The notes beneath the pieces are model-generated. The model made no database searches and was not told where the DNA came from. It saw only the letters and a list, made by a program, of their open reading frames with translations. DNA of 64,000 nt from Moniliella sp. 'wahieum' (Eukaryota). The DNA lies in contig RSEE01000024.1 of assembly GCA_003971905.1 (NCBI GenBank), positions 124,001 to 188,000 on the forward strand, given 5' to 3'. Positions 1 through 10,175 of this stretch are shown here, in pieces. How positions within the stretch are numbered: the stretch's first letter is position 1; every line of letters begins with the position of its first letter. Position numbers and translations under genes: made by a program.

Positions 1-346
1 CCAATGCGGCTCGCAGGGCGTGTTGGCCGGGCGCAGCATCAGCGCCGGCTGACACGCGTGCGGCCCAGAGGGCGAGAGCGGCGATGCCTTTGCGGGCGGC
101 GTCTGGGGGGGCGGCGGGCAAACAGGCGGCGACGACGGCGGGAGCGTCAAGCTCGGTGCGATGGGCGGGGGCCGGGGTGAGGGTGGCGGCGGAGGCGGCA
201 GAGGCAGCGGTGACGGCGGTGGCGGTGGAGGCGGCGGACACGTCGGAGCTTGCCGAGGCACGGCGGGGGCGCGCAAACGCACCGGCCAGCCCAGCCAGGC
301 CCGAGGCGCCGGGCGACGGCGCAGGAGGGGGCGCGCGGGGCGGCAT
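1..346 (-). CDS. 5' part of a hypothetical protein running off the left edge (MPPRAPPPAPSPGASGLAGLAGAFARPRRASASSD...)
   Basis: ATG in gccagccATG context at 346, open frame to base 1, GC3-rich codons; no family recognised. Confidence 0.4.
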   Translation of the reverse strand, partial: MPPRAPPPAPSPGASGLAGLAGAFARPRRASASSDVSAASTATAVTAASAASAATLTPAPAHRTELDAPAVVAACLPAAPPDAARKGIAALALWAARVSAGADAAPGQHALRAAL

Positions 347-524
347 GGCTGGCGGAGCGATGGTGGGCAGAGCGGGCGGCGTGCGGATGGGTTACGGTAA
401 CCGGCGTCCCGAAGCGACTCGAACATTCATTAACACATCGGTTGCTCCCGACGAGGACATGGACACCCCCATGGGGTTGCATGTGTCTGGATCAGATTGC
501 CTGGGCAGCGCTGGCGTCGCATCT

Positions 525-619
525 GGCAACGTGCCCGAGTGGTTAAGGGGATTGATTCGAACATTGTCTGGACGATCAATTAGGCTTTGCCTGCACAGGT
601 TCGAGTCCTGTCGTTGTCG
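525..619 (+). tRNA. tRNA-Ser(CGA) with 13-nt intron (562-574)
   Basis: Acceptor GGCAACG/CGTTGTC, D arm CCCGAGTGGTTAAGGG, anticodon stem ATTGA/TCAAT with CGA at 558-560, long variable arm TAGGCTTTGCCTG, T arm ACAGG-TTCGAGT-CCTGT, G discriminator, T-runs downstream. Confidence 0.95.
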
Positions 620-847
620 ATTTTGGGGCTCACTTTTTGGATACGAATTGCGGCGGGATGGACGCTCTGCTCTGCTCTGGCCTGCCCTGCCTGCCCACTC
701 GGCCCGTCCAGCGCCGAAGCAACCCACTACACACGCCCTCTGCCACCGCCTCACGCCCGGTCGGAGGGGCCGCATGGGTCCCACACCCACCTATTGCGAT
801 TCAGATTTGGATTCATATTCGGGAGCAGCATCCCGCGCCCAGCCCGC

Positions 848-3602
848 TTAGCGCGCCCACACATCCAGCCACGCCGCCAGCGCAGCTTCGGTCGTCACCG
901 CCGAGTAGGCCAGCACGGCATAGGGCACCGTGTACGTCCCGAGCACATGCCACTCCCACAAGCGAGCCTGCACCGCCGCGTGCAGCGTGTGCGCAAGCGC
1001 CGCGAGCGTCGGCTGCCACGCCGCCACGCGCGCCGCCCACGGCGCAAGCAAGGGATGGGAAGCCGTCGCGATGCACTGCGGTACACGGGTCAGGGCTGCG
1101 TCGAGGGCCAGGAGGGCCTGCGGTGCACCGAGCAACGTCCATCCCGCTGCGCGCAGCAGCGCATAGCCGCGACAGAGGCGCTGGTGCGGAGCCCGACGGA
1201 GCACGAGCAGAGGCGCGCCGAGCACCAGGCCACTGAGCAGGGCAAGCGGGAAGTTGAGCACACTGGTAGCGGCTACCATCATGCCGGCGTGCAAGAGGGC
1301 GAGGGTATGCATCAGTGCGCCTGTTTGGCTGTCCCGTCGTCGGGCGAGGGCGAGAAGGAGCGCAAGCACGGGCGGCGCGGCAGCCAGCACTGCTGCCGCA
1401 GCCTGGACCGAAGGCGAGTCGAGGCACGAAGCTGCCACGTCGGCCCGGCGCAGTTGGAGGAGCGCGACGTAGGCCACAGCGTGGGCAGCGGCGATGAGCA
1501 GGGCAACGGTGCCCATGGGTCGTTGGGCCGCTAGCAGCTTACTGCGCGTCCGCGCGATCGCCCGTTGCACTGGACCAACCGTTTCCCCGCTCACAGTGGG
1601 AGGACAAAGCGACGTGGCGAGGAAGTAGAGGTCGCGCGTGTAGAGGTCCGGGGTGGGCATGTCCGATCGCACATCCACCGCCGTCTGCGGCGCAGTTCCG
1701 CCCAGCTCTTTGAATATGAACTGAGCGCAGCGGACAAAGTCTTTCTGTTGCTGTTCACTGAGAAGCGCGGTGAGTTGGGTCCAGGAGCGCAGACCGAGAA
1801 TGGACAGGCCAATGGCGAGCAACAGCGCAGAAGGGAGGTAGACGCCAAACGGGACAAAACGGTAGCCCGACAACAACAGGTAGAAGAATTGAGAGTGGTG
1901 CAGTCGCTCCAGGAGATTGTTGTAGGACCGCAAGCTGCCTTCGACGATCCGGCCCATGTGGAAGAATCCGAATGGGCCGATGGCCGGGACGGCGCGCACG
2001 GTAACTGCATCGATGTGGTAGCGGGTAAACAGACCGTGCACGCCCGACGTGGTCCCCGAAGCCTGCAGTGCCCATTGTCGCCAGACCTTTTCTGTTGCGG
2101 TAAGGTAATCGCGGTGAGCGTACTCGGACCAAAGTAGACTCTGGCTTTGTTGGCCGTACATTTCCACCTTTCCCTCGTACCCCAACCGAGTCTCGATCCA
2201 CTTTTTGCCCTGCATCACCACGTCCGACACCGAGTTGGCCAGCTTGCTTGCCAGGGAAGAAGCCGGCAGCGACGGGACCGACACGCCGCTCGTGCCCACT
2301 TGCTCTGCCACGCGCACCACGGCATTCAACGCGTCCATATTGGGCAGTTGACCATTCAGGCCCTCGTGCAACACCTCGATGGAGCGGAACGAGTCAGAGG
2401 GGTACTCGACCGCCAGGGCGTTCCAAATCACGCTCCCGCCCAACAGGTCGCTCGGCCCACCATCAACCGCATGCGTACTGATGTTCACGTTGGCCTGGGG
2501 CGCGCGGAAGTAGTTGGCAAGCCAGGCCTGGGCGCCGGCCAGGTGGCCGTCCGAGATGAGAAGTAGTAGTCCCGGGAGAGATAGGAGTGGGGACGAGAGG
2601 CGAGGTAACGCGCCATGGCAAGTACAGTTGCCACGCCACGAACGTTGACTCTCCGCTCTTGGTCCGGGTGGGCGGGCGGGGGCGTGTGCCAGTTGGCATG
2701 GAGCGCATCGGGGTCGTTGGGATCGCTTCCGGTCCAGCTGGTGTACCAGGGCGCACAGAGCACAATCGCCTCGCGCGCATCTGTGCGGGGCGGGGAGAAG
2801 CGGGCAAATAGATTGGTCCCCTGGAGGGAGCGGTGGCCGGGCAGACTGATATTGGTATTGGGATTGGTCGGGACCGAAAAGACGTAGGGCTGGAGGTGAG
2901 GCCGCATACCCAGGCCGGCAAGTTCGCGCGCGAGGTAGGTGCGCTGCGCGTCGTTCTGCCGCCGCCGAGCCAATTCTTGGCGTGCTCACCTTCGGGCGGA
3001 GGGAGGGAAGCTAGTTCGGTCAAGTGGTCCGCCACCTCGTCAGCGTAGGGCACGTCAAAGTGGTAGTTGAAGTAGGTGTAGGCCTGGCCAGGCTGCAGAG
3101 CATTCTCGTCCACGTACGTGCCCTTGCTGATGCCATTGTTGGCGTCGTTGCTGTAAAAGGGCCCGACGGGCGGGATGGTGAGCGCGAGGGGGACAAGGTA
3201 GCCGGCCAGGACGAGGAGATAGGGCAGCACAGCCGCAACGCGGTCCAGGCCGAGCCGGCGCACGAGCTTCCTTCGGCGCACAAGCGAACGCGCCGTCTTG
3301 TCGGCTTGTGCCCGTTCCAGCGCCGTGAGAGGATCATCGTGCACAGTCTCCGCCTGCGATGCGTCCTGTGAGGGTTCCGCATGCTCGACGGGTGGGGACC
3401 CGCGGTGGGGGGCACGGGTGTTGTTGCCGTCGGCGTCGTCATCAAAGTGGAGCGGGGGGCCCTTGTAGGGGGTGCCAGCGAGGGGCGAGGCAGGCGCCGC
3501 CGTGGCAGAAGTGCGGGTGGGGGTGCGTGGGGACAGGAGTGTGGCGTCCGACCCGTCGTCGCTGGGTGCCGGGGCGCCCGCCGAGCTGCTGGACCTGGCC
3601 AT
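848..3602 (-). CDS. GAA1: GPI transamidase subunit Gaa1 (apparent frameshifts near 2970 and 2570)
   Basis: Motifs TYVDENALQPGQ, GTNLFARFSPPRTDAREAIVL, NVRGVATVLAMARYL, LNGQLPNMDALN, HGLFTRYHIDAVT, EGSLRSYNNLLERLHHSQFFYLL across three ORF pieces, plus C-terminal TM segments. Confidence 0.93.
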
Positions 3603-3820
3603 GGCGGGGGGGGAGGCGGCGGTGGTGTGGTGTGGTCGGGGCTGGTCTACTCTTTCTCTGCGCTCTGCGCTCCGCACAACCGCACTGGGTTGTGAACATT
3701 GAAGAATCGGCTCTGGCCATTGCAACTTTCCTAGTCGGTCTTCGTCTTCTCGAGCAAGAATGGGTCCGACTGGGTTATACGACGCACCGCCATCCCACCA
3801 CCACCACCACCACCACCACC

Positions 3821-4847
3821 ATGTTTCTCGTCTCTCCGCCTCTGCTGCGCAGAAGCGGGGCCGCTGCCTTTGTCCGACTTCCCCTGCCCCTGCCCTCCTC
3901 TGCCTACGTGTCCCCTTCTCTTCGCGCCGCGCCCCCCTCCCCGCCCCCTTGTCTTCCCAGCGCGCGGCTACCAATCCCGTGCCTACAAGCAGGCTGGCCC
4001 TGCTGCCCGCCCCTACAAGCCGACCTACCGCCCCGCCGCCGCCTGCACAGGAAAAGGCGTCCCACGCGGAGTCCAAGGGCCCCATTCGCGATGAAGATAT
4101 TCAGTCGCCCAAAATTGTCATTCCGCTCGCTGTACCCGAAGGCGCCTTGACTGCGCCCCTGCCTCTTCCTGACGGTTGGGTCCCGCCCGCGCCCAAGGAG
4201 CGCAAGAAGGCCGCTTCACCCCCGCCTCCGACCCATCTGCTCAACCGGAGCCCGAGGCGGAGAAGGAAAAGGAGAAGGAGAAGGAGAAGGAGGAGAAGAA
4301 AGGCGCCAAGGGCTTGTCGCCGCCTCTCAAGACGCGCGACGTGCTGCGTTTGGTCAACCGGGAGACGTTTTGGTTGACGCAGGTGCACAACAACGGTCCT
4401 GGTGGCTACCCCATCGTTCGGCTGGTGAGCAAAGCCGAGTTTGAGGAGAAGGCCAAGGAAGCTGCCGAGGCGGAAGCCAAGGCGGCCGCCAGTGCCGAGA
4501 CGCACACAACCCGGGTGCAGCCCGACCAGAAATTGAAGGAGGTGCGGTTCACATGGAACATTAGCGACCACGACTTGACGCACAAATTGGAGCGCCTCGT
4601 TGCCGAATCGCGCCGCAAGGGCCACAAGTTGTCGATTGAGATCAAGACGGCCAAGGGCAAGGCACGTGAATTTTATCTTCCCTCGGCCGAGCAAGACCGG
4701 CAAACGTTGCTGCAAAAAGTTGATCGTATCGTCCTCACCGACGACCCGGGCCAAGGCTTTGCCTTGGAACCCAACCTGGCCAAAACCAAGTGGTCCAACC
4801 AAACGTACAAGACGCTCTATGAGCCCAAGGGCGCCTACCGCGAATGA
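3821..4847 (+). CDS. Mitochondrial translation initiation factor 3-like protein (frameshifted N-terminus)
   Basis: R/S/L-rich presequence-like start MFLVSPPLLRRS; IRDEDIQ..IV, PIVRLVSK and KLKEVRFTWNISDHDLTHKL match fungal IF3 N- and C-domains. Confidence 0.75.
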
Positions 4848-4979
4848 GTGCATTGCATCCGGTACCATTATTATTTTTTTTATTTTTTCTTAGAAGGGCG
4901 GCTATTACTAGTAGCAATAGTCGAGGGAGCTGGCATGGTAAGGGCACTAGGATGTCCCGCTGCTACCCCGTGAGCCGCC

Positions 4980-7147
4980 TTAGCGCCGCTGCTTGGTCTC
5001 GGCCCCGACAAACTCGGGTTGGGCCGAGGCGGGGGCTTGATGAGAAGGCGCAGCGTCCGGGTCGGCATGGTTCTGCGGGAACTTTTTCACGTCCTCCTCG
5101 TCCGCATCGTCGACATAGTACTCTTCGTACTCATCCTCGTACTCTCCTCGTCAAACTCGGTCACGTCGTACGCCTTACCGCGCACGGCCCAGATGCCCCA
5201 GTTGGCCTTGACGGCCACGCGCGGGTCAAACTCGGCCACTTGCCATTGCGTACTGGCAAACGGGTTCTCCCCCGGCGTGATCAGCCACTCAAATTCATCC
5301 TTCACCCCTTCGACCGACTCGAACGCCAACACGTCCCGTTCCACATCCGCCGGGGAAAAGCCCGTGGCGATCAAGGCACACTTGGTCGACAGGATCTGTT
5401 GGATGGCCAACGCCCACTCGCGCTGCGCCTGCACCACGGGCGCCGTCGTCACCGCACGGTACTTGCTCGAAGACAGTTGGGGCATCATAGGCTCCGGTTC
5501 ACGCGAAGGCGTGTCACCGCCGGCCGGCGCGACATCCATCTGCCGTCCTGGCAAGGCCATCCCAGACGGTTGGTCCGGATTGGCCTTGGCTGCCGCCTCG
5601 GCCTCCTCGGTCCACACCGTAGGTGCAGCCGTACCTGGCTGCCGTGCGGGTGCCTGCGCACTAGCGTCAGACTCAGCTGGTTCGACCGTGCCGGCGTCGG
5701 TAGCGCCGTGGTCAGCGTGGGATGCAGCGGCCGGCGACGCCTCTGCAGCTGGGTCCTCCTCCACAGGCGCAGTTGCACCAGCAAAGTACGTTTCGCGTGC
5801 CGCTTTCATCCGTTTCTCTTCATCGGCTTCCTCCTGGCGCGCCTTGGCCAGCTCCTCGACGGCAACGAGGGAAGGGAAACCAAAGCCGGGGGAAAAGGCA
5901 AAAAAGACATCGTGGTACGGATCAAAGGGTTCAAGTTGCTCATGCACCTGCTCGTACGTACCACGAAGCGCGGTGATGGTCAAGCCATCGCAGAACGTAT
6001 ACGACCGCCCGGGCACACCATAGTCCTTGTGCCGCAACGGGAACCGGCCACGACCAAAGGCGGCACCGGTAATGTGGGTCGCTTGCGAGTCGCGCTCGGC
6101 GTCCAGCTCGGCATCCGTCATGGACCGGCTCGAGGGCCGGAGCGGATCCACTTTTACCTCCACCTCGGGCCCGACGAGAATAATGTGAAGAGGCGCCATG
6201 GGGAAGACGTATTTGAGTTGCATCCACACATCCGGCGTTAGATACGACTCGCCACGCGCACCAACAATGATGATCCGGACCGGGTTGAGCCCGGTGCGGG
6301 AACCACGGGGCGGGATGAGGGTCTGGGTAAGCGCTGGACAGGGCAAGGCAGTGTGTCAGTGATGCCAAGCGAGACGCAGACGCAAAGCAGGCAAGCAACA
6401 TACGGATAAAGCTACGCAGCCCCTCAAAGGTGAGGCGGTGGTTGCGACGGGTGTAGCAGCGGAACTCGTGGAGAGTGGAAGCAATGGTGTAGGGGTAAGT
6501 GAGCATGCGGCTAATGTGACGCTTCGCGCGTTCGTTTTCCGGCGCTTCAAAGGCACGGGTATAGAGCATGAGATCCCAGTTGGTAAAGTTGATCATATCG
6601 TCCGGTTCCTGGGCCGGAGCGAGGCGGAACTCCTTGAGCTCACGGCCCGAGCGAAGATCATGCTCGTCCTCGTTAACCTGGCGTAGACGGCCACAGTACT
6701 TGACATGCTCCTTGTCCTGCTCCCAGTCTTGTTTTGTGGCGTGGGTGGGGAAGCCGCAGTTGGGGCATTCGAACGCGACGGCCTTGCGCACCCCGTCGCG
6801 CGCCATGGTCTCGGGGCAGGGCGCAAGACGGCGGATGCGCTCGCCGCGGGCACGGAGGTCGGGGAAGGGGGACTGGGAGAGAGGGTGGAAGAGGTTGTCC
6901 TGGGTGAGAAGAGGCGGTGCCCGCGGGGGCACCGTACCGGAGCCCTTGGTCTTGTCGCGGCCAAAGAGACCAAAGAGAAAGGTGCGGCGCTGGTCAAGGG
7001 GGGAGTGGCGGGGCGGGAGCGGGAGCGGGGGCAGGCCGGGTGCAGGCACGCGGCCGAGCAGGGGGTGTGGAGACGAGGCGGAGCGTGGCGGCTGCGCAGG
7101 CAGCACGCCGCCGATGCACGCCGGGCGGCGAGGGCAGATGTGTGCAT
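4980..7147 (-). CDS. MSS51: Mss51, COX1 translational activator / cytochrome c oxidase assembly factor; intron 6334-6403
   Basis: LLTQDNLFHPLSQSP, zf-Mss51 FECPNCGFPTH..YC..LRQVNEDEHDLRSGR, LTYPYTIASTLH, VGARGES, FDPYHDVFFAFSPGFG, WLITPGENPF, ANWGIWAVRGK; GTATGT..CTGAC..CAG intron; both ends rebuilt through frameshifts. Confidence 0.93.
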
Positions 7148-7618
7148 GGAGGGGGGGGATGGGCTCAGCCAGCACCAGGCGGGGGCACGGGGGGCGGTGG
7201 AGGAGACGGAGACGGAGACGGCGGTGGCGGTGGCGGTGGGGAGGGCGATGGCAACGGCACCGGCAATGGCGAGGGCGAGGGCGAGGGCGAGGGTTAGACA
7301 ACGGACTGGCGAAGGATGGGATGGAACCGCGGGCGGCCTGGCTTCGCACATGCTTCCACTTTGGCGCGGCAGCCGCCAGCGCTCAGATTCCCTCCAGTGC
7401 TTCCTGTCGCCCTTCCATTCCGCCATGCCTGTCTGAAATGTTCACGCCCGCATTACCATTAGCCATCCTCTGCCATGCGCAGTGCTTAATTAATGGCCGA
7501 TCGTCCTCTCCCTCGTGCGCTACGCGCTCGCCGGCAGAAAAGTTCATTCCGTCTGCGCTCCTTCTATCCACACCCATCGCCCCCCATCCCCCATTCACCC
7601 CCCCCCCCCATCCCCCAT

Positions 7619-9918
7619 TCATCCCCCCCGCGTCTGCACGCGGCCCCACCAGGACAACGGTGGATCCACCTTGGGGCGCGCCACTCTGACCAGCCAATCG
7701 AAGCCCCTTGTCAGGGGAGCGTACCGCGCAAAGGAGCAGCCGGCTGGCGGTTTGGGTCTGCCTCCCTTCTTGCGGCCTCCCCACCGCCTTCCGAGCCAGT
7801 CCTGCACGTGGGCCCACCGCCAATCACGCAATGGGGGGCACGGCTCCCTTGCTCTCGGCGTGACGGAGGGGAGGCGGACGGTGCCCCGCGGGAATACCCC
7901 AGCCAAAAACCGCTGCAGGCTGGCACGCCACTGTTCAAAGTACGTGTCTTTCCTCCGCGACGGGGCCGTGTGCCCCCACCAGGCACCCAGGCGTTCGGCA
8001 CGACCGTCAGCAAAGAGGTTCCGATAAACACACGTGCTCACTTGCCGGCTCCCCTTCTGAGACGCATACCAGGCCGAACGCACCAAGTGGGACCAACGCG
8101 ATCCAGACCCCGCGGATCTATGCACCGCCGCGCCACCATGCTCGAGGGTTCGAAGACGGTGGTTCCACTTGTGCCGCAACGTCTTGCCCCTTTTTCCCGC
8201 CTTGGCCAAAAAGTGAGGCACTTTGCCAGCCAAGTCCAGTACCAACTCTGGAAAAACGGACGCATTAGCACCATGGGACGGATCCAAGGCGGGCGAAACA
8301 CAAGGAACGCGGGTCCTGCCGTACTACCTAGATTGCTGTACATACCTGTTGCCTTGTTCATGAGGGGTTGTCGAACGACACGCTCGTCCTCCACTGATAC
8401 CAGTGGAACTGATGGGACCCATTTGGACGCGTCATCCGCTGGCTTATCATCCACCCAGTTGCGAAGAGAGAAGACATCCGAGTAATATCTAGATGGAAAA
8501 CGACCACTCCACACCCTGTCGTTCGCCACCGTTTCATCGGCCGAAGGAGATGGAGACGAATGTGAAGTGTCGTCCAAACGGATGGGGGGTCGAAGAGCCT
8601 TTGCGTCCCCATAAAATTGAGATAGGCAGCTGGTAAAAATCCAGGGGCAAGCAAGCAGAAAGGTGCTGAACGCTAAGATGGTGATTACCACTACCAAGCT
8701 CATCCTGGCTCGGGAGGTCCCACAGGACCGAATCCACTTCTCCGTGAAGAAGGGATGGCCCTTGTTTGTCGGGCCCCGCTTCATTCGAGCACGGAGATCC
8801 AGCTTACTACGACCCGGAAGCTCGCCAGAGCCAGAGTCAAGAAGAGCTTGGTCTTGCAACGAAAGAAAGGAGGCTGCCCACCTCGCATTGCCATCAAATG
8901 CAGTTACCACGTCATGTTCCATGCCAGCATGGTACCGCACCATTGTTTCCACCCCTGCCTTTGTAGGCAAAGTGAAAAGTTACCGTAAGTCCGCGCCCAA
9001 TTCACCGCCCTGCCCCATCGCTCTTCCTCCAACGGGAGAAGAGGGAACAAAGCACGGTCCTCCTCAGTAACGACCAAGTCGTCGTAGAGCAGCGGAATCA
9101 CCAACGGTGTTCCCACCCTCGTTGCCACCGCCCACAATTGGCCTTTTGGGTCCGACGGTCCCTGCCTTCCCAGTGGGACAAGGACAAATGAGCATTGGTT
9201 GTTGGTTTCGAGGGTGGGAACGGACCCATCTTCGGGGATGAAACAACCGTGGCGCAGCTTTATGGTGATCTGTGGGGGGAGCGCGGTTACGGCGTCACTG
9301 GGTTGGCTCTGTATGGGAAGAAGGTGGATGAGGGGGGAGGAGGACGTACATGATGGCCGGGAAACGCGGACTGAAGGGAGAGGTGAATGGCGTGCGTGGC
9401 AAAGCCAACGTCGGGCGGATGGTCGGATAAGACGTGCACGCGAGCCACCACAACCTGTGCCGTTTCTGCTGCGGGCTGCGAGGGCAGATATGGGCGGGTG
9501 CAGGAAAGGGAGGCGAGAGCGGTGGCAGCTGGGGCCGGAGGCGGTGTTCTATCCAGCGGAGGAGAGTTGGATGACGGTGGCGTTCTATTCAACGCCGGAG
9601 GCGGCGGCCCGGAGTGGTGCTGGTCCCGGGCGGGGGAGGGGGGCAGAAACTGGAGCCAACTATCCTCGAGGTCAGAGGAGGAGGTGGCAGTGGGCAAAGG
9701 AGGAGAGGCGGACGGCGGGGGGAGCGGCACGGGATCGGTGTTGGGGGAGAGGTCAGCGAGGCTGATAGGGGAGCTGCTGCGCGGGGCAGGAGCCAGCTGC
9801 CGTCGACGGGCACATCAGAGGCGGAGATGGCGGCGGAGGGGAGGGAAGAGGAGGTGGAGGTGGTGGTGGTGGTGGAGGAGGAGGCGGAGGAGCTGCGGCG
9901 GGGGATGGGGATGGGCAT
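7619..9918 (-). CDS. Hypothetical membrane protein (low-complexity N-terminus, TM segment, Trp/Cys-rich C-terminal part), frameshifted
   Basis: Chain of same-strand ORFs (9589-, 9287-, 8904-, 8038-, 7619-) with protein-like content, e.g. SLVVVITILAFSTFLLACPWIF and PPWIRPMVL..WYWTWLAKCLTFWPRR; family not recognised, ends uncertain. Confidence 0.55.
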
Positions 9919-10175
9919 GAAACGCGTGGTGGTGGGGATGGGAGCGGGGCGAATATAATCGAGGGAGGCTGCCTGGCTGTCCTGAGGCCTGGCGCACGGG
10001 CCGACCGAGTGGGCGTGTGAATCTTTCAGCGGGGCGGCGACGGAGGCGGAATGGGCAGGGCGGAAGGCGGCGGTGGATGGGTGAGCAGGCGGGTGATGCT
10101 GCGAGTTCGGCCCCCACCCACCACCACCTCCTGGCCAGCATCCCATCGGCTCGTGCTGGGCCTGCGCGTTGTCTG

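Noticed and set aside
420..500. Fragments matching the tRNA-Ser intron (CGAACATT, TGTCTGGA) and a hairpin upstream of the tRNA
   Set aside because: 8-mer matches are within chance; no second cloverleaf or box C/D pair
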